64,000 bases of DNA from Promethearchaeati archaeon SRVP18_Atabeyarchaeia-1 (GTDB lineage: Archaea > Asgardarchaeota > Atabeyarchaeia > Atabeyarchaeales > Atabeyarchaeaceae), in contig CP147779.1 of the NCBI GenBank assembly GCA_037308085.1, positions 1,216,001 to 1,280,000 of the forward strand, read 5' to 3'. Both the position numbers and the translations under genes were made by a program. Numbering within the stretch: the first letter of the stretch is position 1; every line of letters starts with the position of its first letter. Under the pieces are notes generated by a model. It was given only the letters and a program-made list of their open reading frames with translations. It was not told the origin of the DNA and searched no databases. Of this stretch, positions 49,147-59,474 are shown in pieces.

Positions 49147-50493
49147 ATGTCTAAAGGCAACAACATACTCAATTCGTTCTTCTCGCCCAGAAGCGTCTTG
49201 CTAGTCGGTGCTTCCGATAAGCGTGGCAAGTTTGGGAACCAGGTCATAAGAAACCTGAAGGTCATCAAGTACGCTGGAAAGATACTTCCCGTCCACCTGT
49301 CGGGAAAGCCGATACTAGGGATAAGCGCCTACAAGGACATACGCTCACTTCCAGAAGAGCCTGAGCTGGCTGTGGTGCTTTGCTCGCCCGAAGACACGGT
49401 AAGGGTTGTCAAAGGATGCGTGAACCTAGGCATTAAAGCGATTATGGTACAGTGCTCAGGTTTCTCCGAAATTGGATTATCTGGAGCGAAGCTAGAGGAA
49501 GAGATACTGAGAACAATTCAAGGAACAGGCACACGGATCATCGGACCAAACACCACCGGTCTCACAGATCTGCACTCGAGATTCACCACCCAGATACTTC
49601 CGCTGCGCCTAACTAAACCCGGTTCAATAGCATTCTTGGCTCAAAGCGGGGGTTTAAGTGGAGGATTGGGTTGGTGGGAGACACCATCATGCCGCTTCAG
49701 CAAGAGCATTGCACCTGGAAACGCTGCAGACTTGAAGGAACATGACATATTGAGCTACCTGGGGGATGATCCTGACACAAACGTCATCGCGGTATTCCTC
49801 AAGACTATGCGCGAGTCGTCGATGCTCGATATCCTGCAGAATGTGTGTAAGAAGAAACCCGTAATCATACACTGCACCGACAAGTATTGGATTTCTCGCC
49901 TAGAAGAAAGCGGAGCCATAATCGCACCAACATATCAGGACCTATTCAGCTACGCAAAGCTCTTCTCGCTAACCAAGGCTCCCCTTCGGGGATTAGACAT
50001 AGCGCTGGTGAGTCCAAGTTCGGGTCCGATAGCGATAGCTGTCAACTCCTTGAATGAAAATGGACTGAAACTAGCTAAGATGACCCAGTTGTCCGTTGAT
50101 CGCCTGCGGAACGCAGGAATACTCAGAGCCGAGAACCCAGTGGATTTGTGGCCGCCAAAGATGCTCAGTGGAAACGAGCTGTATGAGAAATACCTACAAG
50201 CGATAGATACGTTCGTGAAGGATGACAACGTTGGCTCGATAATGATACTCTATGAAGCCTTCAAGGAGATCCACTTTGACTTCAGAAAAATGCTAAAAAG
50301 CATCGAAGGCCTTGACAGCAAACCAGTAGTAATGGCGTGCATCCAACTAGAAAACAACTTAGCGAAGGAAGTAATCAAGAAGGTCGAGGAATTCAACATA
50401 CCAGTATACATCGATGACATCCACGCCGCAGCAAGGTCGCTAAGGCTATACTATGATAGGGCAAAGCGAATTGGCCAGCAAGGTAGCCCATAG
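49147..50493 (+). CDS. Acyl-CoA synthetase (NDP-forming) alpha-like CoA-binding protein lacking the phospho-His loop
   Basis: FFSPRSVLLVGAS, SGFSE, GPNTTG, AQSGG, GNAADL and NPVD are present; the K.G......A.SH(T/S)G segment is missing. Confidence 0.8.
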   Translation: MSKGNNILNSFFSPRSVLLVGASDKRGKFGNQVIRNLKVIKYAGKILPVHLSGKPILGISAYKDIRSLPEEPELAVVLCSPEDTVRVVKGCVNLGIKAIMVQCSGFSEIGLSGAKLEEEILRTIQGTGTRIIGPNTTGLTDLHSRFTTQILPLRLTKPGSIAFLAQSGGLSGGLGWWETPSCRFSKSIAPGNAADLKEHDILSYLGDDPDTNVIAVFLKTMRESSMLDILQNVCKKKPVIIHCTDKYWISRLEESGAIIAPTYQDLFSYAKLFSLTKAPLRGLDIALVSPSSGPIAIAVNSLNENGLKLAKMTQLSVDRLRNAGILRAENPVDLWPPKMLSGNELYEKYLQAIDTFVKDDNVGSIMILYEAFKEIHFDFRKMLKSIEGLDSKPVVMACIQLENNLAKEVIKKVEEFNIPVYIDDIHAAARSLRLYYDRAKRIGQQGSP

Positions 50494-50520
50494 CAGAAAA
50501 GAATCAGGCCAGTGACTCAC

Positions 50521-51231
50521 CTATTCTCCTTTGAACAATATCTTATTGCCAGATAAGGTGAAGGGAACCCAAGCAGACGGCTCTTGACCCGACATTTTCC
50601 TGAGACGAACCTTGTTAACTAGCTTTTCTCCTTCCTCAAAGCCTCTGAACTCAACAATCACGTCCGAGTTGAACCCAAGGATGTCATTGATGCGCCTTCC
50701 GATTGCGACAGGCGAAAGGATGACTGAAGCAATGCCTGCCTGAACTGATACCTCCCTGAGAAGCAGTGCGAATGAGACCATTTTCGAGGCGCCATGACCA
50801 AAGAACAATGAAACAGTCGAATCCACGACGCACCTGCAGCTATTAGTCACGTCACCGGCCGCATTGTCCTTGATGGATGCAAACACGTTGACGACTTCAG
50901 CGTAGTTTGAAGGATCTCTGATGAAGTAGGTTCCTTCCTTCTCACCCCACCTAAAACCATTAATTATGAAGAATCTGCGGGACTCCTCAAATCCCTTGAC
51001 ATCCAGGCCATAGTTGCTCAATATGTGCCTGATCAACCTCGGCGAGTGATCGAAAGTTATGTAGACTCCGAACTCTTCCTTCTTGAGACCGTCGAAAAGA
51101 AGGCTGGCAGCGTGATGCCAACCGTACGTAACTGGAGAAACCTCAAATAGAATAATGCTTGAGCGTGGCAAACCTCCGCCCAGAATCTTGTCAAAGGCTG
51201 GTGAAAACGTCTTGAAAGTCGTAGCTGGCAT
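50521..51231 (-). CDS. KaiC/RAD55-like protein with degenerate Walker A
   Basis: FDKILGGGLP, YITFD.SP, VVDS, DVIVEF, LRKM.G; the P-loop reads EVSPVTYGW. Confidence 0.75.
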   Translation of the reverse strand: MPATTFKTFSPAFDKILGGGLPRSSIILFEVSPVTYGWHHAASLLFDGLKKEEFGVYITFDHSPRLIRHILSNYGLDVKGFEESRRFFIINGFRWGEKEGTYFIRDPSNYAEVVNVFASIKDNAAGDVTNSCRCVVDSTVSLFFGHGASKMVSFALLLREVSVQAGIASVILSPVAIGRRINDILGFNSDVIVEFRGFEEGEKLVNKVRLRKMSGQEPSAWVPFTLSGNKILFKGE

Positions 51232-51516
51232 TTCATTTCCTCCAACCGGTCAACCGAGCTGATCTGAATACAGTAAGGTCCGATATCCGAGATCTTCTAT
51301 CTGAGTAATATTGGTTTTGTCCGCATATTACATTATTGATCAGCCTTCTTGCAGCCCAGCGGTAAGCTAGGGAACTTTGGCAACGTCTCGAAGGAAAACC
51401 AGAAGTCATCAAAAATGTAAGGTAATTAGAATTGGAGTGCCGACGAGTCAGCAAGGGAAAGAGCGAAGGTTCTTAGCATGCAGCCTGCCTTGCATGTTTC
51501 CCCAGCCCCGCCTGAC

Positions 51517-52056
51517 TTATTTCTTTTTGAACTCCCACTCGCACCAAGTGTTTTGCGGATGGGAGCCTGGTGGGCAGACTCTGCAGCTGACCTCAAGTTC
51601 CGGGCTGAGTTCCTCTGCAAAGCTCTTGAGGTAGCCATACCTTACGTTCTTACAGGGAAACTCCCCGAGACCCTTCTGGATCCGAGTCTCCTGGGTTCTA
51701 CATTTTGTCACTCTGAATATCCCGGATCTGCTATCCTGCATCTCCACTTCTTTGCCGACCTGATATAGAGCCCAACTCGTGTTCCTAAGAATCCACAAAA
51801 CAGTTGGAATGTCCACCTCTCCCTTGGGTACGCCAAGCTTCTCTCTAAGTTCTCTCGCCTCTAGCTTTCCGATAACCTTCCAGCAATCAGCGTCGATGTC
51901 GGTCGCCGCTTCAGTGCCGAACTTCTCCTCTATTCCGGTGAAGTAGAGGCCATCTACTCTCCATAAGTTGCGGATGTGAAGCATGAGTAAGTCGACGAGC
52001 TGGGACTTGGGCATCTCAGCCAGGAACTCACTATCTTTCTTCTCAGCCTTCAGCAT
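51517..52056 (-). CDS. DUF6125 / ATC-hydrolase-like (V4R-related) ligand-binding protein
   Basis: DGLYF..IEEKFG.EAA..D, C..Q..R...GLGEFPCK, C..CPP..HP...WCEWEF. Confidence 0.75.
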   Translation of the reverse strand: MLKAEKKDSEFLAEMPKSQLVDLLMLHIRNLWRVDGLYFTGIEEKFGTEAATDIDADCWKVIGKLEARELREKLGVPKGEVDIPTVLWILRNTSWALYQVGKEVEMQDSRSGIFRVTKCRTQETRIQKGLGEFPCKNVRYGYLKSFAEELSPELEVSCRVCPPGSHPQNTWCEWEFKKK

Positions 52057-52206
52057 TCCTAACCACACCCCACCATCAGCTTGTTCCACAAGCAAAATTG
52101 GTTCCGACGCTAAGAATATGACCCTAATGCGTGTACTTCAAAGCCTCATGTGTCTTAAAATATTATGGGAAAAAGCGGATGAGAATTCGTCTTTCCTTCA
52201 GATAAC

Positions 52207-53004
52207 GTGAGGATGACCATGATCGTGCCTATCAACAGAAACACCAATAAGGTGGCGCCTTCAGTCCCAATTATCGTTACACCCGGATTTCGGTTGGATC
52301 TGAGAAAGTTGAGTGGCACCCAGTTTTCTGTTGCGATCTTTGATTTAGACGGGACGCTTGTAGGGGTCAGAGACATAAAGAAACATGCCGATGATGTCCT
52401 CAAGAGAGCGCTCTCACGAGTTGGCGTAGGAAGAACTACCTTCAAAGACAGATACGAATTCTTCTTCTGCGGCGCAGAATACGTCAATCTTCTCGAGCAG
52501 TGGGGCATCACCAGCGAAAAGCAGAGGAGATCATTCGTTGAGGCTTTGAGTGCGGAGGAATACGCCGAGAAGAAGCGGCTCATGGAACGCGGCTCAGCCC
52601 GACTATACAAGGACGCGGAAATCCTTAGCTTCCTTAAGGGAAAAGTGAAGTTGGGGCTAGTGACGAATGCATCTTCACAAGCAACCTCACTCGAAGTGAA
52701 ATACCTTGGAATCGAGCAGTGCTTCGACTGCATCGTAAGCTTGGGAGACTTTGCCAATCACTTGCCACCAAAGCCTGACCCAAGTGGCATATCGTATTGC
52801 CTGAAGACACTAAATGAACCTCCATCCAAAGCCATCGTAATAGGCGACAACCTAACCGACGTAATCGCCGGAGAAAGAAGCGGAGCAAAGACAGCAATAA
52901 TACTAAGAGGAAGAGAAAGGCTCCCAAAACAAAAGGGACAGGCACAACCGAGAATCGATTTCACGCTGAGAAGCCTAAAAGACTTGGAGAAGATAATCAG
53001 ATGA
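52207..53004 (+). CDS. HAD-superfamily hydrolase (phosphoglycolate phosphatase-like); start likely downstream of 52207
   Basis: IFDLDGTL, LVTN, KPDP, IGDN..D..AG. Confidence 0.88.
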   Translation: MRMTMIVPINRNTNKVAPSVPIIVTPGFRLDLRKLSGTQFSVAIFDLDGTLVGVRDIKKHADDVLKRALSRVGVGRTTFKDRYEFFFCGAEYVNLLEQWGITSEKQRRSFVEALSAEEYAEKKRLMERGSARLYKDAEILSFLKGKVKLGLVTNASSQATSLEVKYLGIEQCFDCIVSLGDFANHLPPKPDPSGISYCLKTLNEPPSKAIVIGDNLTDVIAGERSGAKTAIILRGRERLPKQKGQAQPRIDFTLRSLKDLEKIIR

Positions 53005-53086
53005 GCCAAGAAGACGAGCCAAATCCGACCATGCCCGAGAAATGGTTTTATATTAAAGGTCGGGTTCTTCTAGGACATTCGCGGAT

Positions 53087-53278
53087 GTGAGCCTAGTGAA
53101 AGACAAAGATGAAGATGAATCCCCTCCATCACCGGAGCAGCTGAAGAAGGATAAGGAGATTATCGCCAAGCTGCAGAGCAAGAGGAAAGAGGAGCTCAAG
53201 CAGACTGAGCTAGAAAAACCGGCCGACAAGAAGAAGGCCGAAGCTCTGTTTGAGAAGAGGCTCAAGAAAGAGAAATAA
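53087..53278 (+). CDS. Small highly charged hypothetical protein
   Basis: K/E-rich 63-aa ORF downstream of TTTATATT; codon usage resembles host genes. Confidence 0.5.
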   Translation: MSLVKDKDEDESPPSPEQLKKDKEIIAKLQSKRKEELKQTELEKPADKKKAEALFEKRLKKEK

Positions 53279-53364
53279 AGGGAACAGGAATTGAATCGAG
53301 CTCCCGCGGTGCGCTTCCCTTCCCTACGCACACACAAATGTCATTAGGTCAGCAGAGATAGGCG

Positions 53365-56300
53365 TTAAGCTTGATTGGTAGTCCTATCTGTCCAGCTCTT
53401 GGCTACCTGCGCAGCTTGCTCCACGGTCAGCTGCCTGAACACGCCTTTCTTGGTAAGCGAGTTGATCACATCCATCGCCTTGCCCCTCCTAAGCCCTTGC
53501 TTGGTGAGGAGGAAGTCCACGACTCGTGGCATGAAGAAGACTCCTCGCTCAGCGGAAAGCATCCTCGCGGTGTGTACGGCTGCTCTTTCGACGCGGTTCA
53601 GCTTCGCGCTTGGGGCTTCGAGCAACATGTAGGGCGAGCACAGTGGCATAGCGAATACCTCGTCGGCTACGTCGTCAGCGCCCTTGAACGCATTCGGGTC
53701 TCCGTCCCATGACTTAAGGGTCGCCGCATACTTCTTCTCGAAGTTCTCTGTGAAGCTTCGGAGAACGCCCTGCAGCTCTTCGCCTGCAGCCTCAGTGCAG
53801 AACAGTGTCGCCATGATGTAGTTCCCCACGTTGGAGACAACTTTATACTGACCGTAATCAGCGAACTTCAATCCTGCCCCGGTCTGCTTCTTGAAGACTT
53901 CCCCCAAGATTGCCTGGTTGGCGGAGAGAAAGCCGCTTATTAGGTTGGGGTCAACGCTCTCCTCTGACCCTATGCTCCTGCTGTACAAGGCGCGACCGCT
54001 TGCAAGGTGAACGACAATGAGCTGAGCCAGGCTCGTTGTCTGCATAAGAACCTTCGCTTTCCTCTCCTCAGTACGCTTCCTAGAACTGCGCAACCTCAAT
54101 ATGCCGACTAGCGCAACGACAAGTGCGCCACCCCCACCACCAATAATGGCAATTGTCAGCAAAGACAATCCTTGAGGGATAACGACCTCGATGTTCAGTT
54201 TGAGATCGCTGGCTGACTTTGTTATTCCATCCCCCAAGTAGGTTGCATTGACGTTGATGGACTTCATGTCGCTCGTCGCGGGAAGGGAAGATTCCCCCAC
54301 GCCACCATTGATGACCGCTGACCTAATGATGGTTATTACGGATCCATTTGTGTAAGTGACTATGAAGTTGAACTGGATGCCAAATCCGTTCGGAGCCGAG
54401 GTTCCATTCCCATATTTCAGTGCAGCAGAGACCGACAATGACGATCCAACTGTTACCGAAGTCTCAGCCACTTGAAGGGAGACGCTCATAGGTATCTTCG
54501 ATAGGTTGAGGGTAAACGCTGTTTGATTAAGGTAGGCTCCATTGTATGATGCGTAGATTGTCAGAAGGTGGCTTCCAGCCGATGGCAGATTGCGTGTCGA
54601 ATAGCTGAAGTTATAGCAGCCGCCAGCATGCTGAGTCACTCCAGTCGCAACAACGCTTCCCACCCTGAAGGCTGGGACTGGGCTTGACGGGAAGGTGGCA
54701 TTTGCGGCGTCTGTTTCATTTAGGTAGCGGACACTTAGGGCTATTATATCTCCCCACGTTGCGCCTATCACCGGCGATGCGAGTTTTATTGCCGTCTGAG
54801 CTCTAACTACATTGATTTCACTGGTCGCGAAGCTTACTTCGTTCTCCAGATCGTAGGTGTCCAAGAATGTTATGTTGTAGTTGTCGCCCTTATTGAGCTT
54901 CAAGGAGTACACAGTTGACGAACCTATGTGTATGGTGGTACTGTTGACTAGTGAGTCCGTGCTGTTGTAAGCATTAATTGTGATGCTGCTGTAGGCGAGT
55001 GGGGCGGAAATGGTTAAGTTAAACGCGCACCCCTCTATTGCCTTAGATGGCACGGACACAGTGATCGCATAGATGGACTTTACGCTGATGAGCCAATCAC
55101 TGTTCCAAGCGTTGCTGAGGTTGCTTATCTGTGAGATTAGGTAGTAGCTAGAGCTATTGGTGAAGCTAGAGACGTAGGTTCGGTTGTTCCAGATGTTGGG
55201 CGGGTGAGCGGTTCCGTTCCAGAATGGTGGGATCGGTGTGACCTTGAACGTCTTGTTATACCACGTGTACGGGTTGCCGGGCTTGCCGTCGCTTGTGAAC
55301 GTGGCGTTCCAGAGAGTGAAGTCGTCGCGGGCGATGTATCTAGTCGTGACAGCGCCGGCGGAAAAGACCTCCATCCTCGCCGTCCAGTTGACTGTGAAGG
55401 TGACCGATGTGTTCGTCACGAACATGAAAAGGCGTACATTGTTGCCGACTTGCGTAGTGTTTCTGTCTATGGGCTGGGTCGTGGCGTTAAGATACAGGTA
55501 CATATTAACTTGGGCAGGAGAGCTATACTGTCTGGGTTGCATACTGTCACTGACTGGGAGAACTCTCACAAGGGCTAAGAAGTTCCAACCCGGACCGAGA
55601 TCACTTTCCTGTTTCCAATTGTTTGTATAGTAACAGGCGAGCTTTTCGTCGTATGGCGGTGGCGTGGGGTCAGGGGAGTAATACCACTGATAATAGTTAC
55701 CAAATCCAACGATGGACGAGCCGTCCATGACAATCCAGTACCTCGTTCCGCCAGTAAGAGTGATGGGAAGCCCGGTCGGGGTGCTCACCGAAACATTGTG
55801 CCAAGCTGGATTCGCGGAGTTTGACAGCCAGCCATACCCCAGGGAGAGTGCGATGGGTGCTGGCGTCGCCTGCGGTCCACCGCTATCTGGCACAATGTGC
55901 AACATTATTGCTGGCGGATTGTTGAATGCAGAGTAGAACAGGCGGATGACGGTAATGTTGACGGTGTCGGTGGGTGTGAGGCTCATTGCCAGCATAGGAT
56001 ACCTGGGAGGGGGACCAGCAGAGAGTTGTCCGCATCCATAATCCGCAGTCGGGTCGCCGCCCTGTATCTCCCTTATGTCATTCGCGGCGACTATGTTCTT
56101 GATGGTGATGTCCTGCCAGGCTGGCTGAGAGGGATTGTTATAGAAGAACGCAGTACGATTACTGTACTGCGCGAAGGTGTTGTTGGCATTCAAGTTGTAT
56201 GATTGCCATCCGTTCACGGACTCCGTCAAGTCCATCGGGTACCCGTTCCCAGACTGGCTTGCAGGTGGCGAAAATGATGTCTGCGGGTATCCCCCAAATG

Positions 56301-56412
56301 TGCTTGCTGATGGAGGAGGAACGGAAGGCGTCAAGACTGGCATATTAAACGAGGCTATCATCATTGTCGCGAGTATCAGTGACACCAATAATAGTGAACT
56401 ACTTTTCCTCAA
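53365..56412 (-). CDS. Type I membrane protein: large extracellular beta-rich glycoprotein, TM helix, cytoplasmic longin-like domain and wHTH-like tail
   Basis: TTG 56412 after GAGGAG; signal peptide; many sequons; TM near the end; LIVVHLASGRALYSR...DPNLISGFLSA...FEKKY..L.SWDGD...F. Confidence 0.8.
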   Translation of the reverse strand: MRKSSSLLLVSLILATMMIASFNMPVLTPSVPPPSASTFGGYPQTSFSPPASQSGNGYPMDLTESVNGWQSYNLNANNTFAQYSNRTAFFYNNPSQPAWQDITIKNIVAANDIREIQGGDPTADYGCGQLSAGPPPRYPMLAMSLTPTDTVNITVIRLFYSAFNNPPAIMLHIVPDSGGPQATPAPIALSLGYGWLSNSANPAWHNVSVSTPTGLPITLTGGTRYWIVMDGSSIVGFGNYYQWYYSPDPTPPPYDEKLACYYTNNWKQESDLGPGWNFLALVRVLPVSDSMQPRQYSSPAQVNMYLYLNATTQPIDRNTTQVGNNVRLFMFVTNTSVTFTVNWTARMEVFSAGAVTTRYIARDDFTLWNATFTSDGKPGNPYTWYNKTFKVTPIPPFWNGTAHPPNIWNNRTYVSSFTNSSSYYLISQISNLSNAWNSDWLISVKSIYAITVSVPSKAIEGCAFNLTISAPLAYSSITINAYNSTDSLVNSTTIHIGSSTVYSLKLNKGDNYNITFLDTYDLENEVSFATSEINVVRAQTAIKLASPVIGATWGDIIALSVRYLNETDAANATFPSSPVPAFRVGSVVATGVTQHAGGCYNFSYSTRNLPSAGSHLLTIYASYNGAYLNQTAFTLNLSKIPMSVSLQVAETSVTVGSSLSVSAALKYGNGTSAPNGFGIQFNFIVTYTNGSVITIIRSAVINGGVGESSLPATSDMKSINVNATYLGDGITKSASDLKLNIEVVIPQGLSLLTIAIIGGGGGALVVALVGILRLRSSRKRTEERKAKVLMQTTSLAQLIVVHLASGRALYSRSIGSEESVDPNLISGFLSANQAILGEVFKKQTGAGLKFADYGQYKVVSNVGNYIMATLFCTEAAGEELQGVLRSFTENFEKKYAATLKSWDGDPNAFKGADDVADEVFAMPLCSPYMLLEAPSAKLNRVERAAVHTARMLSAERGVFFMPRVVDFLLTKQGLRRGKAMDVINSLTKKGVFRQLTVEQAAQVAKSWTDRTTNQA

Positions 56413-56563
56413 GTCCCTTTTCTCCTCAATCTTCAGCAATCGGAGGAGGCACCGCGGCACATTTCTGCCCAGATGAAGAGACAGATACACCTTGGCGGGC
56501 AAGGCGGTGAAGAGTCCTCTGCTAGTTCTTAGATTCCCCCTTTAATATAGCTTCTGACATCCT

Positions 56564-56590
56564 CGCAGATGGCTCGGACTGCGTTGCGAA
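56564..56590. promoter_or_regulatory. Conserved motif CGCAGAT-N11-CGTTGCGAA upstream of paralog 1
   Basis: Same arms and spacing as 59475-59501; 13 nt from the TATA-like element in both cases. Confidence 0.6.
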
Positions 56591-56643
56591 AACAACAACG
56601 GACACCCCAGACCTGTACGGCTGTTCCACCAGCTCAGCAACTG

Positions 56644-59352
56644 TCACGCACCGTTCTCTTGGTCATCGCCAATTTCGTCACTTGACTTGGAGGCGTTCTC
56701 CGTCTGGCTCATTATTAGTGCTGCTTCATTAACGGTTAGCTGTTTGAAGACGCCCTCTTCGACAAGTGAGTCGACGGTAGCAACGATCTTGCTTCGCTTG
56801 AGCTTCCTTTTGGTTAGTAGATAGTCGAAGATGCGCGGCATGAAGATAACGCTGCGAGTGGCGGAGAGCCGTCTTGCTTCGTCCACCGCTGCCTTTTCCA
56901 TCCATGAAAGCTTGACCTTCGTAAGTCGGTCTAGTTCTAGAATGTAGGGCGAGATTAGTCGAATCGAGAAGACATTGTCCGCGATCGTGTCGGCGCCCCT
57001 GAGGACTTCAAGGTCGCCATTCCATCCGACAAGTTCCTTTTGATACTTCTTCTCAAATTCGTCTGTGAACTGTTTGAGAAGGTCCTGCAGTTCCTCACCA
57101 GCGGCTTCCGTGCAGAATAGCGCTGACATGACGTGCTTGCCTACATGGGATACGACCTTATATTCACCGTAATCCGCGAATCTTAGTCCGGAAGGAGCCT
57201 TGCCTTTGAAGACTTGGCCCATGATTGACTGATTAGCAGTCAGGAATCCGCTTATGAGATTGGGATCAACGGTCTCCTCCGTGCCAAGACTTCTGCTGTA
57301 CGTGGTCAGGCCACTGCGGAGCTCAACGACGACCAGCTGGGCTAGGCTTGCGGTCTGTCTCAGTATCTTCATTTTCTTCTCTTCCTTGACTTTTCTCCTA
57401 GTCCGGTATCTCCAAGCAGCCACTACTGCTATCACCGCTCCGGCGGAGCCGCCTCCGGCAAGAAATATCGGCAATGGGGAGAGCCCCTGCGGGTCGATGT
57501 GAAGCAGCATGGTCGTCTGGTTTAGATACATTGCACTGTATGAGACGATGATCGTGAGGATGTAGTCTCCGGATGAGGGCAGGAGTCTTGTTTCAATAAC
57601 GAAGGAGAACCATCCACCTCCAGCGGCTTGAACGCTGATAGCCGTGAAATTAAGGCTGCTTGCGGTCACGTTGACGATTGGGGTGCCTGGGAATTCTTGG
57701 TCGGAGCCAAGAGTTGTGTTCCTGTACCTGAAGGCGATGGTGACAGCGTCCCCCCAAGTCGCCCTTAGTGACGAAGACTGCAGGTTAAAGGAGGTGAGAG
57801 GCGCGGTCACATTTATCGGCATTGTCAAATAACTTATGTCAGGATAGTCAGCTGTGTCGAGGAGGGTCATTACGAAGTTGCCAGTTTGATTCAACCTGAC
57901 CGGGAAGTATGTTGAGGTTGAGGGAATCAGTACAGTTCTGTTTAAGGCGACGAAATCCGTACTGTTGAAGATAGTTATCCTGCAACGTGTGGAGCTAACT
58001 GGAGCGGTTATACCGATATTGAGCTGCTTTCCCCTTATTACCAGTGAGGGGGTTGACGAACTGACCGAGTAATGAGACATCGCCACGATAGTCCAGGTTG
58101 CATCCCATCTGAGAGACACATCTACATTGTCCGTCTGCACTATATACATGGAGCTCGGGGCGGAATACGCTGCTGTGAAGTTGATGTTCTTGTCGTTCGT
58201 CACGTCAGTCGCCAGGTTGACCTCCCAGTCAAGAGGAATTGACATGACTGTCAAGGTTCGATTATACCAGACGTACGGGTCGTAGGGTCTAGTCGCGCTA
58301 AAAAACCGAGCAGTCCAGTTCGTCGATCCCGGCTGCGCTTTGTACCCCGTTTCCACCGACATCGGTAGGTGCTTCTCGAACCTTGCTGTCCAGTTCTCCA
58401 CGAAGGCGATTGAAGTATTTGTGCCCAAGTTGAAATAGCAGGCGTCCGGGCGTGGCTGCGTTACATTTAGCGTCATGTCGACCTTATCAGACGAGGAATA
58501 AGTCATAACCTGGGAAGGGTTTCCGTCTACGACTGGGAGGACCCTTAGTACCAGCATCAAGTTGATGTAGGTACCAAGCCGCGTCTCATTCCACCACGAC
58601 GTCGGAGTCGCGTATGCAGCCATGGGTCGCTGATCCATGCTCGCTCCTGCATCTCCTACGTAGCCCCAATGAATTACGTTATTTGCGGGGATGCCGCTCG
58701 CATTTACTACCACCCAATAGTAGTTTCCTCTCGTCAGGTTCAAAGGTCGGGTAAACTTCACTTCGCCCCATCCTATGTTTGGCAACGGGGGCAACGTAAC
58801 AGTTGCGACAAGTTTTCCTCCTTGCGGAGTATAGGTGCTGATACTCCCTGTTGAGTAGACTTGCAGCGGCATGGTGGTGGAATTCGAAGAGTAGCACATC
58901 CATACGCTCGTTAGGTTGGCCGTATCCGGTAGCACAAATCTCATGGCAAGCCTCTGCCACGATGAGGCCGTATTCTTTAGAGTCAAAGTGTTATTGGGAC
59001 TGGGCGCAAATTGCACCTCTCTGAAGTCAGGGGCTGCCACTAACTCGGACACCAGGAGACTCTGAGATGAGACCAAGAATCCGGTGGGGGCATTGTGGCT
59101 GAAGTTGGAATTGCGCGGACCACGGCAAGTTGTATAACTGTTAACTGTCATCTGGTTGCTCCATTGCCATCCGTAAACGGAATCAAGTAGATTGATGCTG
59201 GGTCCCGTCCCGGTCAGCGTTAGTGCAGGAGCAAAAGTTGCCCTTGGGTTGGGAGCTGAAGCGGCATAAGTTGCTGCATAAGAATCCAATGAGCTAACCG
59301 CGATGCATACTGCGAAGAGAAGCGTGAATAACAAGGCTGATCTGTTCTTCAT
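56644..59352 (-). CDS. Tandem paralog: extracellular domain, TM helix and cytoplasmic longin-like domain
   Basis: Signal peptide; shared blocks (RVLPV, NWTAR, PY.WYN.T, ATWGD); cytoplasmic VDPNLISGFLTANQ, LRFADYGEYKVVS, LFCTEAAGEELQ. Confidence 0.8.
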   Translation of the reverse strand: MKNRSALLFTLLFAVCIAVSSLDSYAATYAASAPNPRATFAPALTLTGTGPSINLLDSVYGWQWSNQMTVNSYTTCRGPRNSNFSHNAPTGFLVSSQSLLVSELVAAPDFREVQFAPSPNNTLTLKNTASSWQRLAMRFVLPDTANLTSVWMCYSSNSTTMPLQVYSTGSISTYTPQGGKLVATVTLPPLPNIGWGEVKFTRPLNLTRGNYYWVVVNASGIPANNVIHWGYVGDAGASMDQRPMAAYATPTSWWNETRLGTYINLMLVLRVLPVVDGNPSQVMTYSSSDKVDMTLNVTQPRPDACYFNLGTNTSIAFVENWTARFEKHLPMSVETGYKAQPGSTNWTARFFSATRPYDPYVWYNRTLTVMSIPLDWEVNLATDVTNDKNINFTAAYSAPSSMYIVQTDNVDVSLRWDATWTIVAMSHYSVSSSTPSLVIRGKQLNIGITAPVSSTRCRITIFNSTDFVALNRTVLIPSTSTYFPVRLNQTGNFVMTLLDTADYPDISYLTMPINVTAPLTSFNLQSSSLRATWGDAVTIAFRYRNTTLGSDQEFPGTPIVNVTASSLNFTAISVQAAGGGWFSFVIETRLLPSSGDYILTIIVSYSAMYLNQTTMLLHIDPQGLSPLPIFLAGGGSAGAVIAVVAAWRYRTRRKVKEEKKMKILRQTASLAQLVVVELRSGLTTYSRSLGTEETVDPNLISGFLTANQSIMGQVFKGKAPSGLRFADYGEYKVVSHVGKHVMSALFCTEAAGEELQDLLKQFTDEFEKKYQKELVGWNGDLEVLRGADTIADNVFSIRLISPYILELDRLTKVKLSWMEKAAVDEARRLSATRSVIFMPRIFDYLLTKRKLKRSKIVATVDSLVEEGVFKQLTVNEAALIMSQTENASKSSDEIGDDQENGA

Positions 59353-59474
59353 AACGATCTTCCTGCACTCCTCATACTGAGGAAAACCGTCCTTCCAGAA
59401 TCGCCGCCCGAAACACTAGGTAAAAGGTTGATCAATACTGATATTTCGTCCGCTATAATAGTTTTCTGTTTCTC

